NCBI GenBank assembly: GCA_963843845.1
Contig: CAWJMB010000005.1
Span: forward strand, 1 to 64,000
Source of the DNA: an uncultured Gemmatimonadaceae bacterium
GTDB taxonomy: Bacteria > Gemmatimonadota > Gemmatimonadetes > Gemmatimonadales > Gemmatimonadaceae
Direction of reading: 5' to 3'
Length of the DNA: 64,000 nt
How positions within the stretch are numbered: position 1 is the first letter of the stretch; each line of letters begins with the position of its first letter. Under the pieces are notes generated by a model that ran no database searches, had not been told where the DNA came from, and saw only the letters and a program-made list of their open reading frames with translations. A program made the translations under genes and the position numbers. Below are positions 29,985 to 39,962 of this stretch, one piece after another.

Positions 29985-30497
29985 ATGCCCGCTCGCACCG
30001 CCCGCTCGACGTCGACATCGCCCTCGGCCGCGCCGACCGCCGTCGCGGAGCCCGCCGCGTTCGCCGGCGCGCACGCCCCCGTCGACGCGCCGCTCGCGCC
30101 ACTGCCGTCCCTCTCCCCGACGACGCAGCCCGGCTACCGCGGGCTCAAGGTCTGGCAGCGCGGGATGGATCTCGCCGTCGCCGTGTACCGCGCCACGCAG
30201 GACATGGGCGACGACGCCCTCCGCGGCGAGCTGTGGCGCGCGGCGATCGACGTGCCGGCGCACATCGCCGCCGGCAACGTCATGCTCGACCGCGCCGCCC
30301 ATCTCGCCGAGCTCATGCTCGCACTCGGCCACGTCGCACGCCTCGAGAGCCTGCTGCAGTTCGCGGAGGCCGTCGGCGCGATCACCGTCGGCGAGGCGGC
30401 GTCGCTGTCGACCGATGCGGGGAACGTCGGTCGGATGTTGCGCGGGCTCGGGCGCGCGGTGCAGGCGCCGGACAGAGGCGACGCGACGATCAACTGA
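29985..30497 (+). CDS. Four-helix-bundle protein (23S rRNA IVS-protein/Avd-like), divergent
   Basis: YRGLKVWQRGMDLAVAVYRAT...LRGELWRAAIDVPAHIAAG matches the family pattern with substitutions. Confidence 0.75.
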   Translation: MPARTARSTSTSPSAAPTAVAEPAAFAGAHAPVDAPLAPLPSLSPTTQPGYRGLKVWQRGMDLAVAVYRATQDMGDDALRGELWRAAIDVPAHIAAGNVMLDRAAHLAELMLALGHVARLESLLQFAEAVGAITVGEAASLSTDAGNVGRMLRGLGRAVQAPDRGDATIN

Positions 30498-30508
30498 CGC
30501 GGAGACGA

Positions 30509-30543
30509 GAGGCCCATCGCGACGAGAGGGCACGATGGGCCTC
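30509..30543. terminator. Hairpin after the four-helix-bundle gene (possible terminator)
   Basis: 11-bp stem GAGGCCCATCG/CGATGGGCCTC; no clear U tract. Confidence 0.4.
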
Positions 30544-30557
30544 CCCTGACGTCGCGG

Positions 30558-30612
30558 TTGACACGATCCATATTTTCCGGTTAATTATGCAGACTGTTTG
30601 CATATTCTACCG
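30558..30612 (+). promoter_or_regulatory. argG promoter with tandem ARG boxes
   Basis: TTGACA at 30558-30563. Boxes CGGTTAATTATGCA (30578) and TGCATATTCTACCG (30599), 21 bp apart. Confidence 0.7.
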
Positions 30613-30620
30613 GAGCCGTC

Positions 30621-31910
30621 ATGCCTGCGACTCGTCCTGCCCCGAAGACCATTGCGCTCGCCTACTCCGGCGGGCTCGACACGTCCATCATCGTGCCCTG
30701 GCTCAAGGAGCACTACCCGGGCGCCCGCGTCGTGTGCGTCGCGGCGGAGATCGGGCAGGGCGACGAGCTCGAGGGGATCAAGGCGAAGGCGCTCGCGTCG
30801 GGCGCCGACGAGTGCTACGTCGAGGATCTGCGCGAGGAGTTCGTGCGCGACTTCATCTTCCCGACGCTGCGCGCCGGCGCGATCTACAACCGCAAGTATC
30901 TGCTGGGCACGTCGATGGCCCGTCCGCTCATCGCCAAGCGGCAGGTCGAGATCGCCCGCATGGTCGGCGCCGACGCGCTCGCGCACGGGTGCACCGGCAA
31001 GGGGAACGACCAGGTGCGTTTCGAGCTGACGTACATGACGTTCGCGCCTGACCTTCCGGTCATCGCGCCGTGGCGCGAGTGGGACATCCGGAGCCGCGAG
31101 GACGCGCTCGCCTATGCGGAGAAGAAGAACGTCCCCGTCGCCGCGACGATCACGAAGATCTACTCGCGCGACCGCAACATCTGGCACCTGTCGCACGAGG
31201 GGGGTGTGCTCGAGAGCCCGGCGAACGCGCCGCACGAGGACATGTTCCAGCTCACGGTCGATCCGACGACGGCGCCCGACACGCCGCAAGACGTGGTGAT
31301 CGGGTTCGACAAGGGCACGCCCGTCTCGATCGACGGCGAGGCGTTGGGCCCGGTCGATCTGCTGACGAGGATCAACGAGATCGGCGCGAAGCACGGCGTC
31401 GGCCGCATCGACCTCGTCGAGGACCGCATGATCGGCATGAAGTCGCGCGGCGTCTACGAGACCCCGGGCGGCACGATCCTCTACACGGCGCACTCGGAGC
31501 TCGAGCAGATGATCCTCGACCGCCGCACGCTGGCGGCCAAGGACGTCATCGCGCCGCGCTACGCCGACCTCGTCTACGAGGGACGCTGGTGGACGACCGA
31601 GCGCGAGGCGTACGACGCGTTCGTGAACGTCACGCAGGCGCGGATCACCGGTACCGTCACGATGCGCCTGTTCAAGGGGCAGGCGTTCGTCGTCGGCCGC
31701 GAGAGCGTGCACGCGCTCTACGACGAGCGGTTCGTCACGTTCGGCGAGGACGACGTCTACGAACAGAGCGACGCCGCCGGCTACATCCGCCTCTACGGCC
31801 TGTCGCAGCGCGTGCGCGCGGTGAAGGATCAGGAGATGGCGGCGGCGAGAGAGCAGCAGGCCGTCACGAAGGCAGGCACCGAGCAGGCCGGCACGCTCGT
31901 GGGCGCGTGA
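30621..31910 (+). CDS. argG: Argininosuccinate synthase
   Basis: LAYSGGLDTS, HGCTGKGNDQVRFE, KSRGVYETPG. Confidence 0.97.
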   Translation: MPATRPAPKTIALAYSGGLDTSIIVPWLKEHYPGARVVCVAAEIGQGDELEGIKAKALASGADECYVEDLREEFVRDFIFPTLRAGAIYNRKYLLGTSMARPLIAKRQVEIARMVGADALAHGCTGKGNDQVRFELTYMTFAPDLPVIAPWREWDIRSREDALAYAEKKNVPVAATITKIYSRDRNIWHLSHEGGVLESPANAPHEDMFQLTVDPTTAPDTPQDVVIGFDKGTPVSIDGEALGPVDLLTRINEIGAKHGVGRIDLVEDRMIGMKSRGVYETPGGTILYTAHSELEQMILDRRTLAAKDVIAPRYADLVYEGRWWTTEREAYDAFVNVTQARITGTVTMRLFKGQAFVVGRESVHALYDERFVTFGEDDVYEQSDAAGYIRLYGLSQRVRAVKDQEMAAAREQQAVTKAGTEQAGTLVGA

Positions 31911-33382
31911 CCGAGCAGCAGAACGACCGGGGCTCGGGGATCGGCGATCGGGAGTCGGGGAGTCGGCAGCCCCCGAGCCCCGAGCCCCGAGCCCCGAGCC
32001 CCGACAGTCACAAGCTCTGGGGCGGCCGCTTCGCCTCCGGCCCGTCGCCGATCCTCGAGGCGATCAACCGCTCGATCGGCGTCGACTTCCGACTGTGGCC
32101 GTTCGACGTGCGCCTGTCGCAGGCGTGGGCGCAGGCGTTGGGCGAGGCCGGCGTGCTCACCGCCGGCGAGAGCGCGACACTCGTGCGCGGACTCGACGAG
32201 GTCGCGGCGCAGCTCGCGGCGGGCGCGCAGCCGACGGCGGCCGACGAGGACATTCACACGATGATCGACCGCCTGCTGCACGACGCGGTCGGGTCGGTCG
32301 CGTCGAAGCTGCACACCGGGCGCAGTCGCAACGACCAGGTCGCGACCGGCACGCGCCTGTGGACGATCGACGCCTGCGCGCGCCTCGACGCCGCCGTGCG
32401 CGAGGTGCAGCAGACGCTGATCGAGCGTGCGGCGCAGGTCGAGGACGTGCTCATGCCCGCGTACACGCACATGCAGCGCGCGCAGCCCGTCTCCGCCGCG
32501 CACTGGCTGCTCTCGCACTTCTGGCCGCTCGAGCGCGATCGCACGCGCGTCGCCGCCGCGGGGCGCGCCGCGAGCGAGCTCCCCCTGGGCAGCGGCGCGA
32601 TCGCCGGCTCGGCGTTCCCGGTGTCGCGCGAGGCGATCCAGGCTTCGTTGGGCTTCCGCGGCGTCATCCAGAACAGCATGGACGCCGTCGGCGACCGCGA
32701 CTTCATCGCCGAGCTGCTGTTCGCCATCGCGCTGCTGGGCGCGCACCTGTCGCGGCTCGCCGAGGACCTCATCCTCTACGGCTCGAGCGAGTTCGGCTTC
32801 GTCCGCTTCGGCGACGGCTTCTCGACCGGGTCGAGCATGATGCCGCAGAAGCGCAACCCCGACGCGCTCGAGCTCGCGCGCGGCTCTGCGGCTCGCTTCC
32901 TCGGCTCGCTCGTCTCGCTGCTGGGCACCCTGAAGGGGCTGCCGAGCGGCTACAACAAGGACCTGCAGGACGACAAGCGCGCGCTGTTCGATGCGGTCGA
33001 CACGATGCTGCTCGTCCTCCCCGCCGTCGCCGGCACGCTGAGCGAGCTGACGTTCCAGCCGGCGCGGATGGAGGGAGCGCTGTCGAGCGCGATGATGGCG
33101 ACCGACCTCGCCGACTATCTCGTGCGCAGAGGCGTCACCTTCCGCGAGTCGCACGGCGCCGTCGGCGCGCTCGTCCGACGGGCCGAGGAGGCCGGCATCG
33201 AGATGACGGCACTCCCGCTCGACGCGTTCCGCGCCGCACATTCGCAGTTCGGCGACGACGTCCTGAGCGCGCTGTCGCCGCGCAGCTCGGTCGCACATCG
33301 TGAAGCGACCGGCGGCACCGGCCCGAACGCCGTCCGCGCACAGCTCGACGCCGCACGACAGACCCTATCCCGAATCGACTGA
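31907..33382 (+). CDS. argH: Argininosuccinate lyase with repeat-derived N-terminal extension
   Basis: KLWGGRF, LHTGRSRNDQ, YTHMQRAQP, GSSMMPQKRNPD; GTG overlaps the argG stop. Confidence 0.95.
   Translation: MTEQQNDRGSGIGDRESGSRQPPSPEPRAPSPDSHKLWGGRFASGPSPILEAINRSIGVDFRLWPFDVRLSQAWAQALGEAGVLTAGESATLVRGLDEVAAQLAAGAQPTAADEDIHTMIDRLLHDAVGSVASKLHTGRSRNDQVATGTRLWTIDACARLDAAVREVQQTLIERAAQVEDVLMPAYTHMQRAQPVSAAHWLLSHFWPLERDRTRVAAAGRAASELPLGSGAIAGSAFPVSREAIQASLGFRGVIQNSMDAVGDRDFIAELLFAIALLGAHLSRLAEDLILYGSSEFGFVRFGDGFSTGSSMMPQKRNPDALELARGSAARFLGSLVSLLGTLKGLPSGYNKDLQDDKRALFDAVDTMLLVLPAVAGTLSELTFQPARMEGALSSAMMATDLADYLVRRGVTFRESHGAVGALVRRAEEAGIEMTALPLDAFRAAHSQFGDDVLSALSPRSSVAHREATGGTGPNAVRAQLDAARQTLSRID
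31928..32004. repeat. Heptamer-based palindrome inside the argH 5' coding region
   Basis: About five CGGGGMT-like units followed by (CCCCGAG)x4 plus CCCCGA. Confidence 0.75.
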
Positions 33383-33390
33383 GGAGTCCC

Positions 33391-34347
33391 ATGTCACAGA
33401 TCACCGCGACCGACTGGATCTGGCGCGACGGCGAGTTCATTCCGTGGAACGACGCGCAGATCCACATGCTCGCGCACTCGGTGCAGTACGGCTCCGCGAT
33501 CTTCGAAGGCGTCCGCTCCTACGAGACGCCGCGCGGCCCGGCGATCTTCCGCCTCGAGGACCACCTCAAGCGGCTGCTCGGCTCGTGCAAGATCTACCGC
33601 ATGGACGTGCGCTTCTCACTCGACGAGCTCGGCGGCCGCGTGCTGCGAGCTGGTCGATCGCAACACCATGCCGGGAAACACCTACATCCGTCCGATGGTG
33701 CTGCGCGGCTACGGCGCGGTGAGCATGGTGCCGTTCGCGAGCCCGGTCGAGGTCTACGTTCCCTGCTGGCCCGCGGCGGCGTACCTCGGGGACGGCGCGC
33801 TCGAGGACGGGGTCGACGCCTGCGTGTCGACGTGGCACCGCGTCGCCCCGAACACGATCCCGGCAGGGCGAAGATCGCCGGCAACTACCTGAGCGGGCAG
33901 CTGATCAAGATGGAGGCGATCGCGAACGGCTTCAACGAGGCGATCGCGCTCAACACCGACGGCACGATCAGCGAGGGCTCCGGACAGAACGTCTTCCTCG
34001 TGCAGAACGGCACGCTCTACACCTCGCCGATCGACGGCACGCTGCTGCACGGCATCACGCGCGACACGCTGATCACGATCGCGCGCGAGGCGGGGATCCC
34101 GGTGCGAGAGCAGGTGTTGCCGCGCGAGGCGCTCTACACGGCCGACGAAGTGTTCTTCTGCGGCACCGCCTCCGAGGTCACGCCGGTCCGCAGCGTCGAC
34201 CGCATCCCCGTCGGCGACGGCAAGCCGGGCCCGATGACGCTCCAGCTCCAGCAGCAGTTCTTCGACGTCGTCCGCGGCGCGGTCGAGGACACGCACGACT
34301 GGCTCACCTACGTGCGCGAGGCGCGGCCGGTCGCGCAGCCTGCCTGA
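33391..34347 (+). CDS. ilvE: Branched-chain amino acid aminotransferase (two compensating frameshifts, ~33630-33870)
   Basis: [13 protein letters not shown] in an alternate frame, AKIAGNY, EGSGQN, GITR, GTASE. Confidence 0.9.
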   Translation: MSQITATDWIWRDGEFIPWNDAQIHMLAHSVQYGSAIFEGVRSYETPRGPAIFRLEDHLKRLLGSCKIYRMDVRFSLDELGGRVLRAGRSQHHAGKHLHPSDGAARLRRGEHGAVREPGRGLRSLLARGGVPRGRRARGRGRRLRVDVAPRRPEHDPGRAKIAGNYLSGQLIKMEAIANGFNEAIALNTDGTISEGSGQNVFLVQNGTLYTSPIDGTLLHGITRDTLITIAREAGIPVREQVLPREALYTADEVFFCGTASEVTPVRSVDRIPVGDGKPGPMTLQLQQQFFDVVRGAVEDTHDWLTYVREARPVAQPA

Positions 34348-34508
34348 CGGTCCTGCCTGACACGATGCGTGCGGGGTGTGGGCGCGACGTCACGCGCCGC
34401 ACGCATGGTGGCGCGGGCGGCGCGGGCGGCGCAGGCGGCGGGGGCTGGTCGCCCGTGTCCTCGTGAACGTCGACGACGCCACATCGACGCTCTCACCCGC
34501 GATCGCTC

Positions 34509-35144
34509 ATGCCGACAATCGACCCGCGCGTCGACGCCTACATCGCGAAGGCTCCGGCCTTCGCGCAGCCGATCCTCACGCACGTCCGTGCGGTGATCCA
34601 CGCGGTGTGCCCCGACGTCGTCGAGACGATGAAGTGGAGCGTGCCGCACTTCGACTACCAGGGCCCGATGTTCCAGATGGCGGCGTTCAAGGAGCACTGC
34701 CGCCTCGTGTTCTGGAAAGGTGCGCTCCTGTTCGGCGACCCGGCCGCGACGACCACGGACGGTGACGTGTCGGATGTGCCCGACGGCAACTCGGCGGGCC
34801 CCTACGGCCGCGTCACGTCGGTGAAGGACGTCCCGAAGAGCGCGTTCGGCACGTACGTCCGGAAGGCTGCCGCGCTGAACGCGTCGGGCGTCAAGGTCGT
34901 GAAGGCGCCGAGGTCCGCGAAAGGCGAGACCGTCGTTCCCGACGACCTCGCGGCCGCGCTCGCGCAGGCGCCGCACGCGAAGGCGAAAGCAGCGTGGGAC
35001 GCCTTCAGCCCGAGCCACCGCCGCGAGTACGCCGAATGGATCGGCGAGGCGAAGGCGCCGGCCACCCGGCAGCGGCGACTCGAGCAGACGCTCGAGCAGC
35101 TCGCCGAGGGGAAGTCGAAACACTGGAAGTATCAGCGTTCCTGA
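34509..35144 (+). CDS. YdeI/OmpD-associated (DUF1801-like) protein
   Basis: DPRVDAYIAKA..FAQPIL, ETMKWSVPHF, FSPSHRREYAEWIGEAK..TRQRR. Confidence 0.85.
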   Translation: MPTIDPRVDAYIAKAPAFAQPILTHVRAVIHAVCPDVVETMKWSVPHFDYQGPMFQMAAFKEHCRLVFWKGALLFGDPAATTTDGDVSDVPDGNSAGPYGRVTSVKDVPKSAFGTYVRKAAALNASGVKVVKAPRSAKGETVVPDDLAAALAQAPHAKAKAAWDAFSPSHRREYAEWIGEAKAPATRQRRLEQTLEQLAEGKSKHWKYQRS

Positions 35145-35409
35145 CCGACACGACCAGTCACCGGTCCGGGGTGAACGAGAGAGTGCCGGCGAGCCGGTGC
35201 GACGCTGCGCTCGCAGTCCCACCGCGGCGACACGGCGGCTGAACGGGGGTGATGCGGCGCCGAGTGAGCGGACGGGGGAGGGCGGTTATGTTCGCGCGTC
35301 GCCGGGTGACGTGGCGCCCTGGCTCGCAGCGACGCACCCTGAACGCGTCAGCGGGTACGAACCGAGCGCGTGATCCGCGTGATCTCACCAGACCGTCTCC
35401 GAGGCACGG

Positions 35410-36276
35410 ATGTCATACCACACCCCCGGCACCCCGACAACGTCAGGCACTTTCCGGGCGCTCGCCGCCGTCGCCTCGCTCGCGGCGCTCACCGCGTGCA
35501 GCAGCATGTCGACCGCGATCGAAGCGACGACCGGGGCGAGCGCCGCGATCGCGGTCGCTCGCTTCGACGTGCAGAACTCGGCGCAGCTCTCGGGCGGCGG
35601 CGAGAATCAGCCGATCCGCACGGTGATCACAGACAACGCGACGTGGACGAGCTTCTGGGCCACGATCTCGGGCGGCGTCGCGGTCCCTTCGGGGCCGGTC
35701 CCGACCGTCGACTTCGCGAACGAGATGGTGATCGTCGCCATGACGGCCGTGCGCCCGACGGGGGGCTATTCCGTGCGGATCGACGGCGTGCGCGAGTACA
35801 CCGACTACATCGCCGCCGACGTCGTCGAAGGGTCGCCGAGCCCGAGCTGCGGAACCGCCCAGGTGCTGACGCGGCCGCTCGACATGGTGCAGGTGCCGCG
35901 GCGCGACAAGCCGGTGCGCTTCGCCGTGCGCAGTACGGTGAACGCGTGCGGCGCGGTGCGATCGGACTCGGTCGCCGTCGGCTACGGGAAGACCGTGAGC
36001 GTCGGGACCGTACGCGTGACGCTTCGCAGAGTCGAGAGCGACAGCCGCTGCCCGCTGAACGCGATGTGCATCTGGGAAGGCGACGCCGCGGTCGCGCTCC
36101 GCTTCGAGAGCGGCGGCACGACGAGCGACGTCACGCTGCACACGCACCCGCGCGGCGGCGTGGTGAGCGCGGTGGTCGGCGGCCGGGAGTTCCGGCTCGT
36201 CGGACTGACCCCGTACCCGAGCGGCCAGGGCGCGCCGGTCGAGAGCGCGTACACCGCACGGCTCACGGTGCGGTGA
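35410..36276 (+). CDS. Lipoprotein with PrcB C-terminal-like domain
   Basis: LTAC lipobox, VDFANEMVI...PTGGYSVRI, then a DSRCP...CIWEG domain. Confidence 0.7.
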   Translation: MSYHTPGTPTTSGTFRALAAVASLAALTACSSMSTAIEATTGASAAIAVARFDVQNSAQLSGGGENQPIRTVITDNATWTSFWATISGGVAVPSGPVPTVDFANEMVIVAMTAVRPTGGYSVRIDGVREYTDYIAADVVEGSPSPSCGTAQVLTRPLDMVQVPRRDKPVRFAVRSTVNACGAVRSDSVAVGYGKTVSVGTVRVTLRRVESDSRCPLNAMCIWEGDAAVALRFESGGTTSDVTLHTHPRGGVVSAVVGGREFRLVGLTPYPSGQGAPVESAYTARLTVR

Positions 36277-36310
36277 GCGGCCGCGTCAGGCAGTCGCTCG
36301 GCCCGAAACG

Positions 36311-36344
36311 CAGAACGGGGCGCCCGTGAGGGCGCCCCGTTCTG
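36311..36344. terminator. Probable bidirectional terminator
   Basis: Perfect 15-bp stem CAGAACGGGGCGCCC-GTGA-GGGCGCCCCGTTCTG between convergent genes. Confidence 0.8.
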
Positions 36345-36357
36345 TCGTGCAATCGAA

Positions 36358-36573
36358 TCAGTGACCGCTCGGGCGCGTCACGTTCTCCGCCGCCGGACCC
36401 TTCTGGCCCTGCACGATGTCGAACTCGACGCTGTCGCCCTCGGCGAGCGTCTTGAAGCCCTGGCCCTGGATCGCGCTGTAGTGAACGAAGCAGTCCTTCG
36501 TGCCGTTGTCCGGGGTGATGAACCCGAACCCCTTCGCGTCGTTGAACCACTTCACCTTGCCGGTCGTACGCAT
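36358..36573 (-). CDS. Cold-shock protein (CspA family)
   Basis: [40 protein letters not shown]. Confidence 0.97.
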   Translation of the reverse strand: MRTTGKVKWFNDAKGFGFITPDNGTKDCFVHYSAIQGQGFKTLAEGDSVEFDIVQGQKGPAAENVTRPSGH

Positions 36574-36717
36574 GTCCTACTCCTGTGGATGTGCAGTTGT
36601 CCAGGGAGCGGAACAGGCCGTACCCCGACAAACTCTCCGCGGGACTCGGTATCCCCCGCGCTTGGATCACCTCGCCGAATTCCGGCGAGGCGGCGACAAT
36701 ATACGGAGAGTCCGGGA

Positions 36718-36750
36718 ACAAACGGAAGGGAGCCCCTGCGACGGGGCTCC
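36718..36750 (-). terminator. Rho-independent terminator of the OMP gene
   Basis: GGAGCCCC/GGGGCTCC stem followed on the minus strand by CTTCCGTTTGTT. Confidence 0.65.
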
Positions 36751-36757
36751 GGGTCGG

Positions 36758-37327
36758 TCAGAAGCGGATGCCGACGACGAGCGGAATGAAGCCCGTGTTG
36801 CTGCCGTCGGTGAAGACCGTGTGGTACCGCGCCTCGATGAAGACGTCGAGCCCGCTGAGCAGGATGTTGAGCCCGCCACCGACGTTCGCCCCGAGGTCGG
36901 TCTGGCGGTCGGACGCCCCGACGTTCGAGTCGAACTTCGAGCTGTAGAACCCGAGGCCGCCGATCAGGTACGGGTTGATCATCGAGCCCGGTTTCACCGC
37001 GGGGCCGACGATCGCGTTCCCCGTCAGGCCGAGGATGTTGGCGTTGCCGTCGATGGTGCCGCCGCCGTCGAGTCCGAAGCGGTTGTACATCCCCTCGACA
37101 CGGATGCCGACCGGCGAGACCGCCGGCTTGAACGCCACGTGCGCGGACACGTTGTACCCGCTGTTGAATCCGTCGCCGAAGTCGCCCGTGGGGAGCGCGA
37201 GCCCGGCCGAGACACCGATCGTCGGGCGCGACGTCGCCGAGGGCGAGCCCTGGGCGAAGGCGGTGGCGGCGCACAGGAACGAACCAGCGACCGCGGTGAC
37301 GAGCCGAAGCGAACGAGAGTGCATCAT
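36758..37327 (-). CDS. Small outer-membrane beta-barrel protein
   Basis: Signal peptide (AFA), PYLIGGLG, FIEARYH, C-terminal GIRF. Confidence 0.85.
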   Translation of the reverse strand: MMHSRSLRLVTAVAGSFLCAATAFAQGSPSATSRPTIGVSAGLALPTGDFGDGFNSGYNVSAHVAFKPAVSPVGIRVEGMYNRFGLDGGGTIDGNANILGLTGNAIVGPAVKPGSMINPYLIGGLGFYSSKFDSNVGASDRQTDLGANVGGGLNILLSGLDVFIEARYHTVFTDGSNTGFIPLVVGIRF

Positions 37328-37428
37328 CGAACCTCGTGTGCGAGAGGGACTGCGAGAACGGCTGCGTGAGCGTCCGCTCTCAGAGCACGACTCGTACCTT
37401 CCCGCGTCGCGTTCGGTGATGCGCGTCG

Positions 37429-37851
37429 TCAGCCGCCCGCCTTCCGCACCCCCGACACGTAGTAGTCGGTCTCGCCGAAACACGACGTCGGCACGCCGCG
37501 GTGCTCCTCGTAGCTGAGCGTCACTCGCTCGCCGGCGAGTGCGTTGATCGCCGCCGCGACGCTGTCGTCCCGCACCGAGTAGTAGAACAGTTGCGGGGCG
37601 ACGCCGGGGGCCGCCGTCATCGCGAGCTCGCCCTCCCACGTCTTACACAGCCATCCTTTCCTCGAGAGCTTCTGGTTGTATCCCGTGCGGTCGCCCTCCG
37701 AGTAGCTGTACGCGAGCGTGCTCGTCACCCAGATCGCGAACGCCGCCGCCGGCACGCCGATCAGCGCCGCCGTCGACGCGCCGACCCAGTGGCGGCGGAG
37801 GAAGCCCTTCTGCCTTCCCGTGCGGACGATGGTCGGGCCGTCGGTTTCCAT
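37429..37851 (-). CDS. Hypothetical membrane-anchored protein
   Basis: TM segment, YSYSEGDRTG..KLSRKGWLCKTWEGE, SCFGETDYYV; host-like codon use. Confidence 0.75.
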   Translation of the reverse strand: METDGPTIVRTGRQKGFLRRHWVGASTAALIGVPAAAFAIWVTSTLAYSYSEGDRTGYNQKLSRKGWLCKTWEGELAMTAAPGVAPQLFYYSVRDDSVAAAINALAGERVTLSYEEHRGVPTSCFGETDYYVSGVRKAGG

Positions 37852-37960
37852 GATCCCGTGATTGGCGTGAAGTCGTTCTCTGTGACGCGACCGAGAGTGC
37901 GTGACTATAACCCGCGCCGTTAGCTTGAGAAGCTACGGAAGTCACCTCCGCGATGCCCCT

Positions 37961-39204
37961 GTGAACGTCACGCCCTTCTCTCCGCGCCGCCCGACCGTCA
38001 CCGCGCGCGTCCGCTCCGTCGCCGTCGGCTCGGCGCACCCGGTCGTCGTACAGTCGATGACGAACACCGACACGGCCGACGCCGCGGGCACGGCCGCGCA
38101 GGTCGCGGCGCTGTTCCAGGCCGGGTCGCAGATCGTGCGGGTCACGGTCAACAACGACGAGGCCGCGGCCGCCGTGCCGGAGCTGCGCGCCCGGCTCGAC
38201 GACATGGGGCTCGACGTCCCGCTCGTCGGCGACTTCCACTACAACGGGCACCTGCTGCTCGCGAAGTACCCGGCGTGCGCCGACGCGCTCGACAAGTATC
38301 GCATCAACCCCGGCAACGTCGGCTCGCGCCACCGCGACGCGAACTTCACGACGATCGTGCGCGCCGCGATCGAGCACGACAAGCCGGTGCGCATCGGCGT
38401 GAACTGGGGCTCGCTCGATCAGGGGCTCCTCACCGCGATGATGGACGCCAACGCGCGCGTCGGCCACGCCGCGCGACGGCCAAGGACGTCTACATCGAGG
38501 CGATGCTCGAGAGCGCGCTCCGATCGGCCGCGCTCGCCGAGGAGGTCGGCCTCGCGCACGACCGCATCCTCATCTCGGCGAAGGTGTCCCAGGTGCAGGA
38601 CCTCGTCACCGTGTACCGCCGTCTCGCGGCGCGTTGCGACTACCCGCTGCACCTCGGCCTCACCGAAGCGGGGCTCGGCACCAAGGGCGTCGTCGCGTCG
38701 ACGGCCGGGCTCGCGATCCTGCTCGGCGAGGGGATCGGCGACACGATCCGCGTCTCGCTCACGCCGAGGCCCGGCGGGGACCGCGCGGAGGAGGTGCACG
38801 TCGCGCAGCAGATCCTCCAGTCGTTAGGCCTGCGCAGCTTCGCGCCGCAGGTGACGTCGTGCCCCGGCTGCGGGCGCACGACGTCGACGTTCTTCCAGGG
38901 GATGGCCGAGGACATCACCGGGTACATCCGCGAGCAGATGCCGGTCTGGCGCACGCGGCATCCGGGCGTCGAGGAGATGAACGTCGCGGTGATGGGGTGC
39001 GTCGTGAACGGCCCGGGCGAGAGCAAGCATGCGAACCTCGGCATCTCGCTGCCGGGCACGTTCGAGGAGCCGAAGGCGCCGGTCTACGTCGACGGGGCGC
39101 TGTTCACGACGCTCAGAGGGGATCGGATCGTCGAGGAGTTTCTCGTGATTCTCGAGGAGTACGTGGCGCGGACGTACCCGTCGCTCGAGGGGGCGGCGGT
39201 CTGA
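37961..39204 (+). CDS. ispG: (E)-4-hydroxy-3-methylbut-2-enyl-diphosphate synthase (frameshift near 38470)
   Basis: [58 protein letters not shown]. Confidence 0.93.
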
Positions 39205-39326
39205 TCGACGGCGGGGTCGGTCCGGCGGGGTCGGTCCGGCGGTGACGATGCACCGTGACGACGCGGGCGATACGGCGCTGGCGGTGACGCGCTGACGAGA
39301 CGGCGTGGGATTCGGAACGAGCCCGC

Positions 39327-39957
39327 CTAACGGACCGGGGACGACGCAGGCCGCGCCCGGCGCCAGCACCCCCGGGTCGTCGGATGCCCTGATCGCGCGC
39401 TCGGCCTCGCGCACCATCTGCGCAGGGCCGCTCAGCGTCACGACGCGCGGCACCGCCGTCGGCGCTCCCATGACGATGCGCCCGTCACGCGACGCCAGGT
39501 GCCGCATCGCCAGGGTCGCCGCCTGTTCGGACGTGAGACAGTTCAGGACGACGGTGCGGGCGTCAGCGCCTGGGGCGACCGCAGGTGCCGTGGGAAACGC
39601 GAGGCGCGCGGCCAGCACGGCGCACGCGGCGAGGGCGCCGACCGCCCCGACGATGGCGAACGGTCGGGCGAGCGGCGGGCGACGATCGCAGGCCTGCCCG
39701 ACCGGCGCACCGCGCGTCGCCTCCGTCATCGCGCGCTGCGCGACCACCCCCGCCGGCACCCCCGGCGAGATGCCGTCGAGCAGGTCCGCGACGCGGCGCG
39801 CGTCGTCGCGTAGGGCGGTCACGAGGCCGGCGCACGCCTCGCAGGCGCGGCAGTGCGCGGCGACGCCGTCGGCGTCGCACCAGTCGGTCAGATCGGCGAC
39901 GGCGACGACCTGCCGGCACTGGTCGCACGTCATCGGCGTCATCGCGCTGGGCGTCAT
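39327..39957 (-). CDS. Zinc-finger anti-sigma factor with TM and NolW/secretin-N-like domain; 3' end uncertain
   Basis: HCRACEAC (HxxxCxxC), TM helix, directly downstream of an ECF sigma. The only nearby stop (TAG, 39327-39329) is out of frame. Confidence 0.6.
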
Positions 39958-39962
39958 CGGCG

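Noticed and set aside
29985..30497. Four-helix bundle as part of a diversity-generating retroelement
   Set aside because: No reverse transcriptase or TR/VR repeat pair in the window.
35145..35409. Intergenic region as a riboswitch or ncRNA
   Set aside because: No motif I can recognise; an Rfam/Infernal search would be needed.
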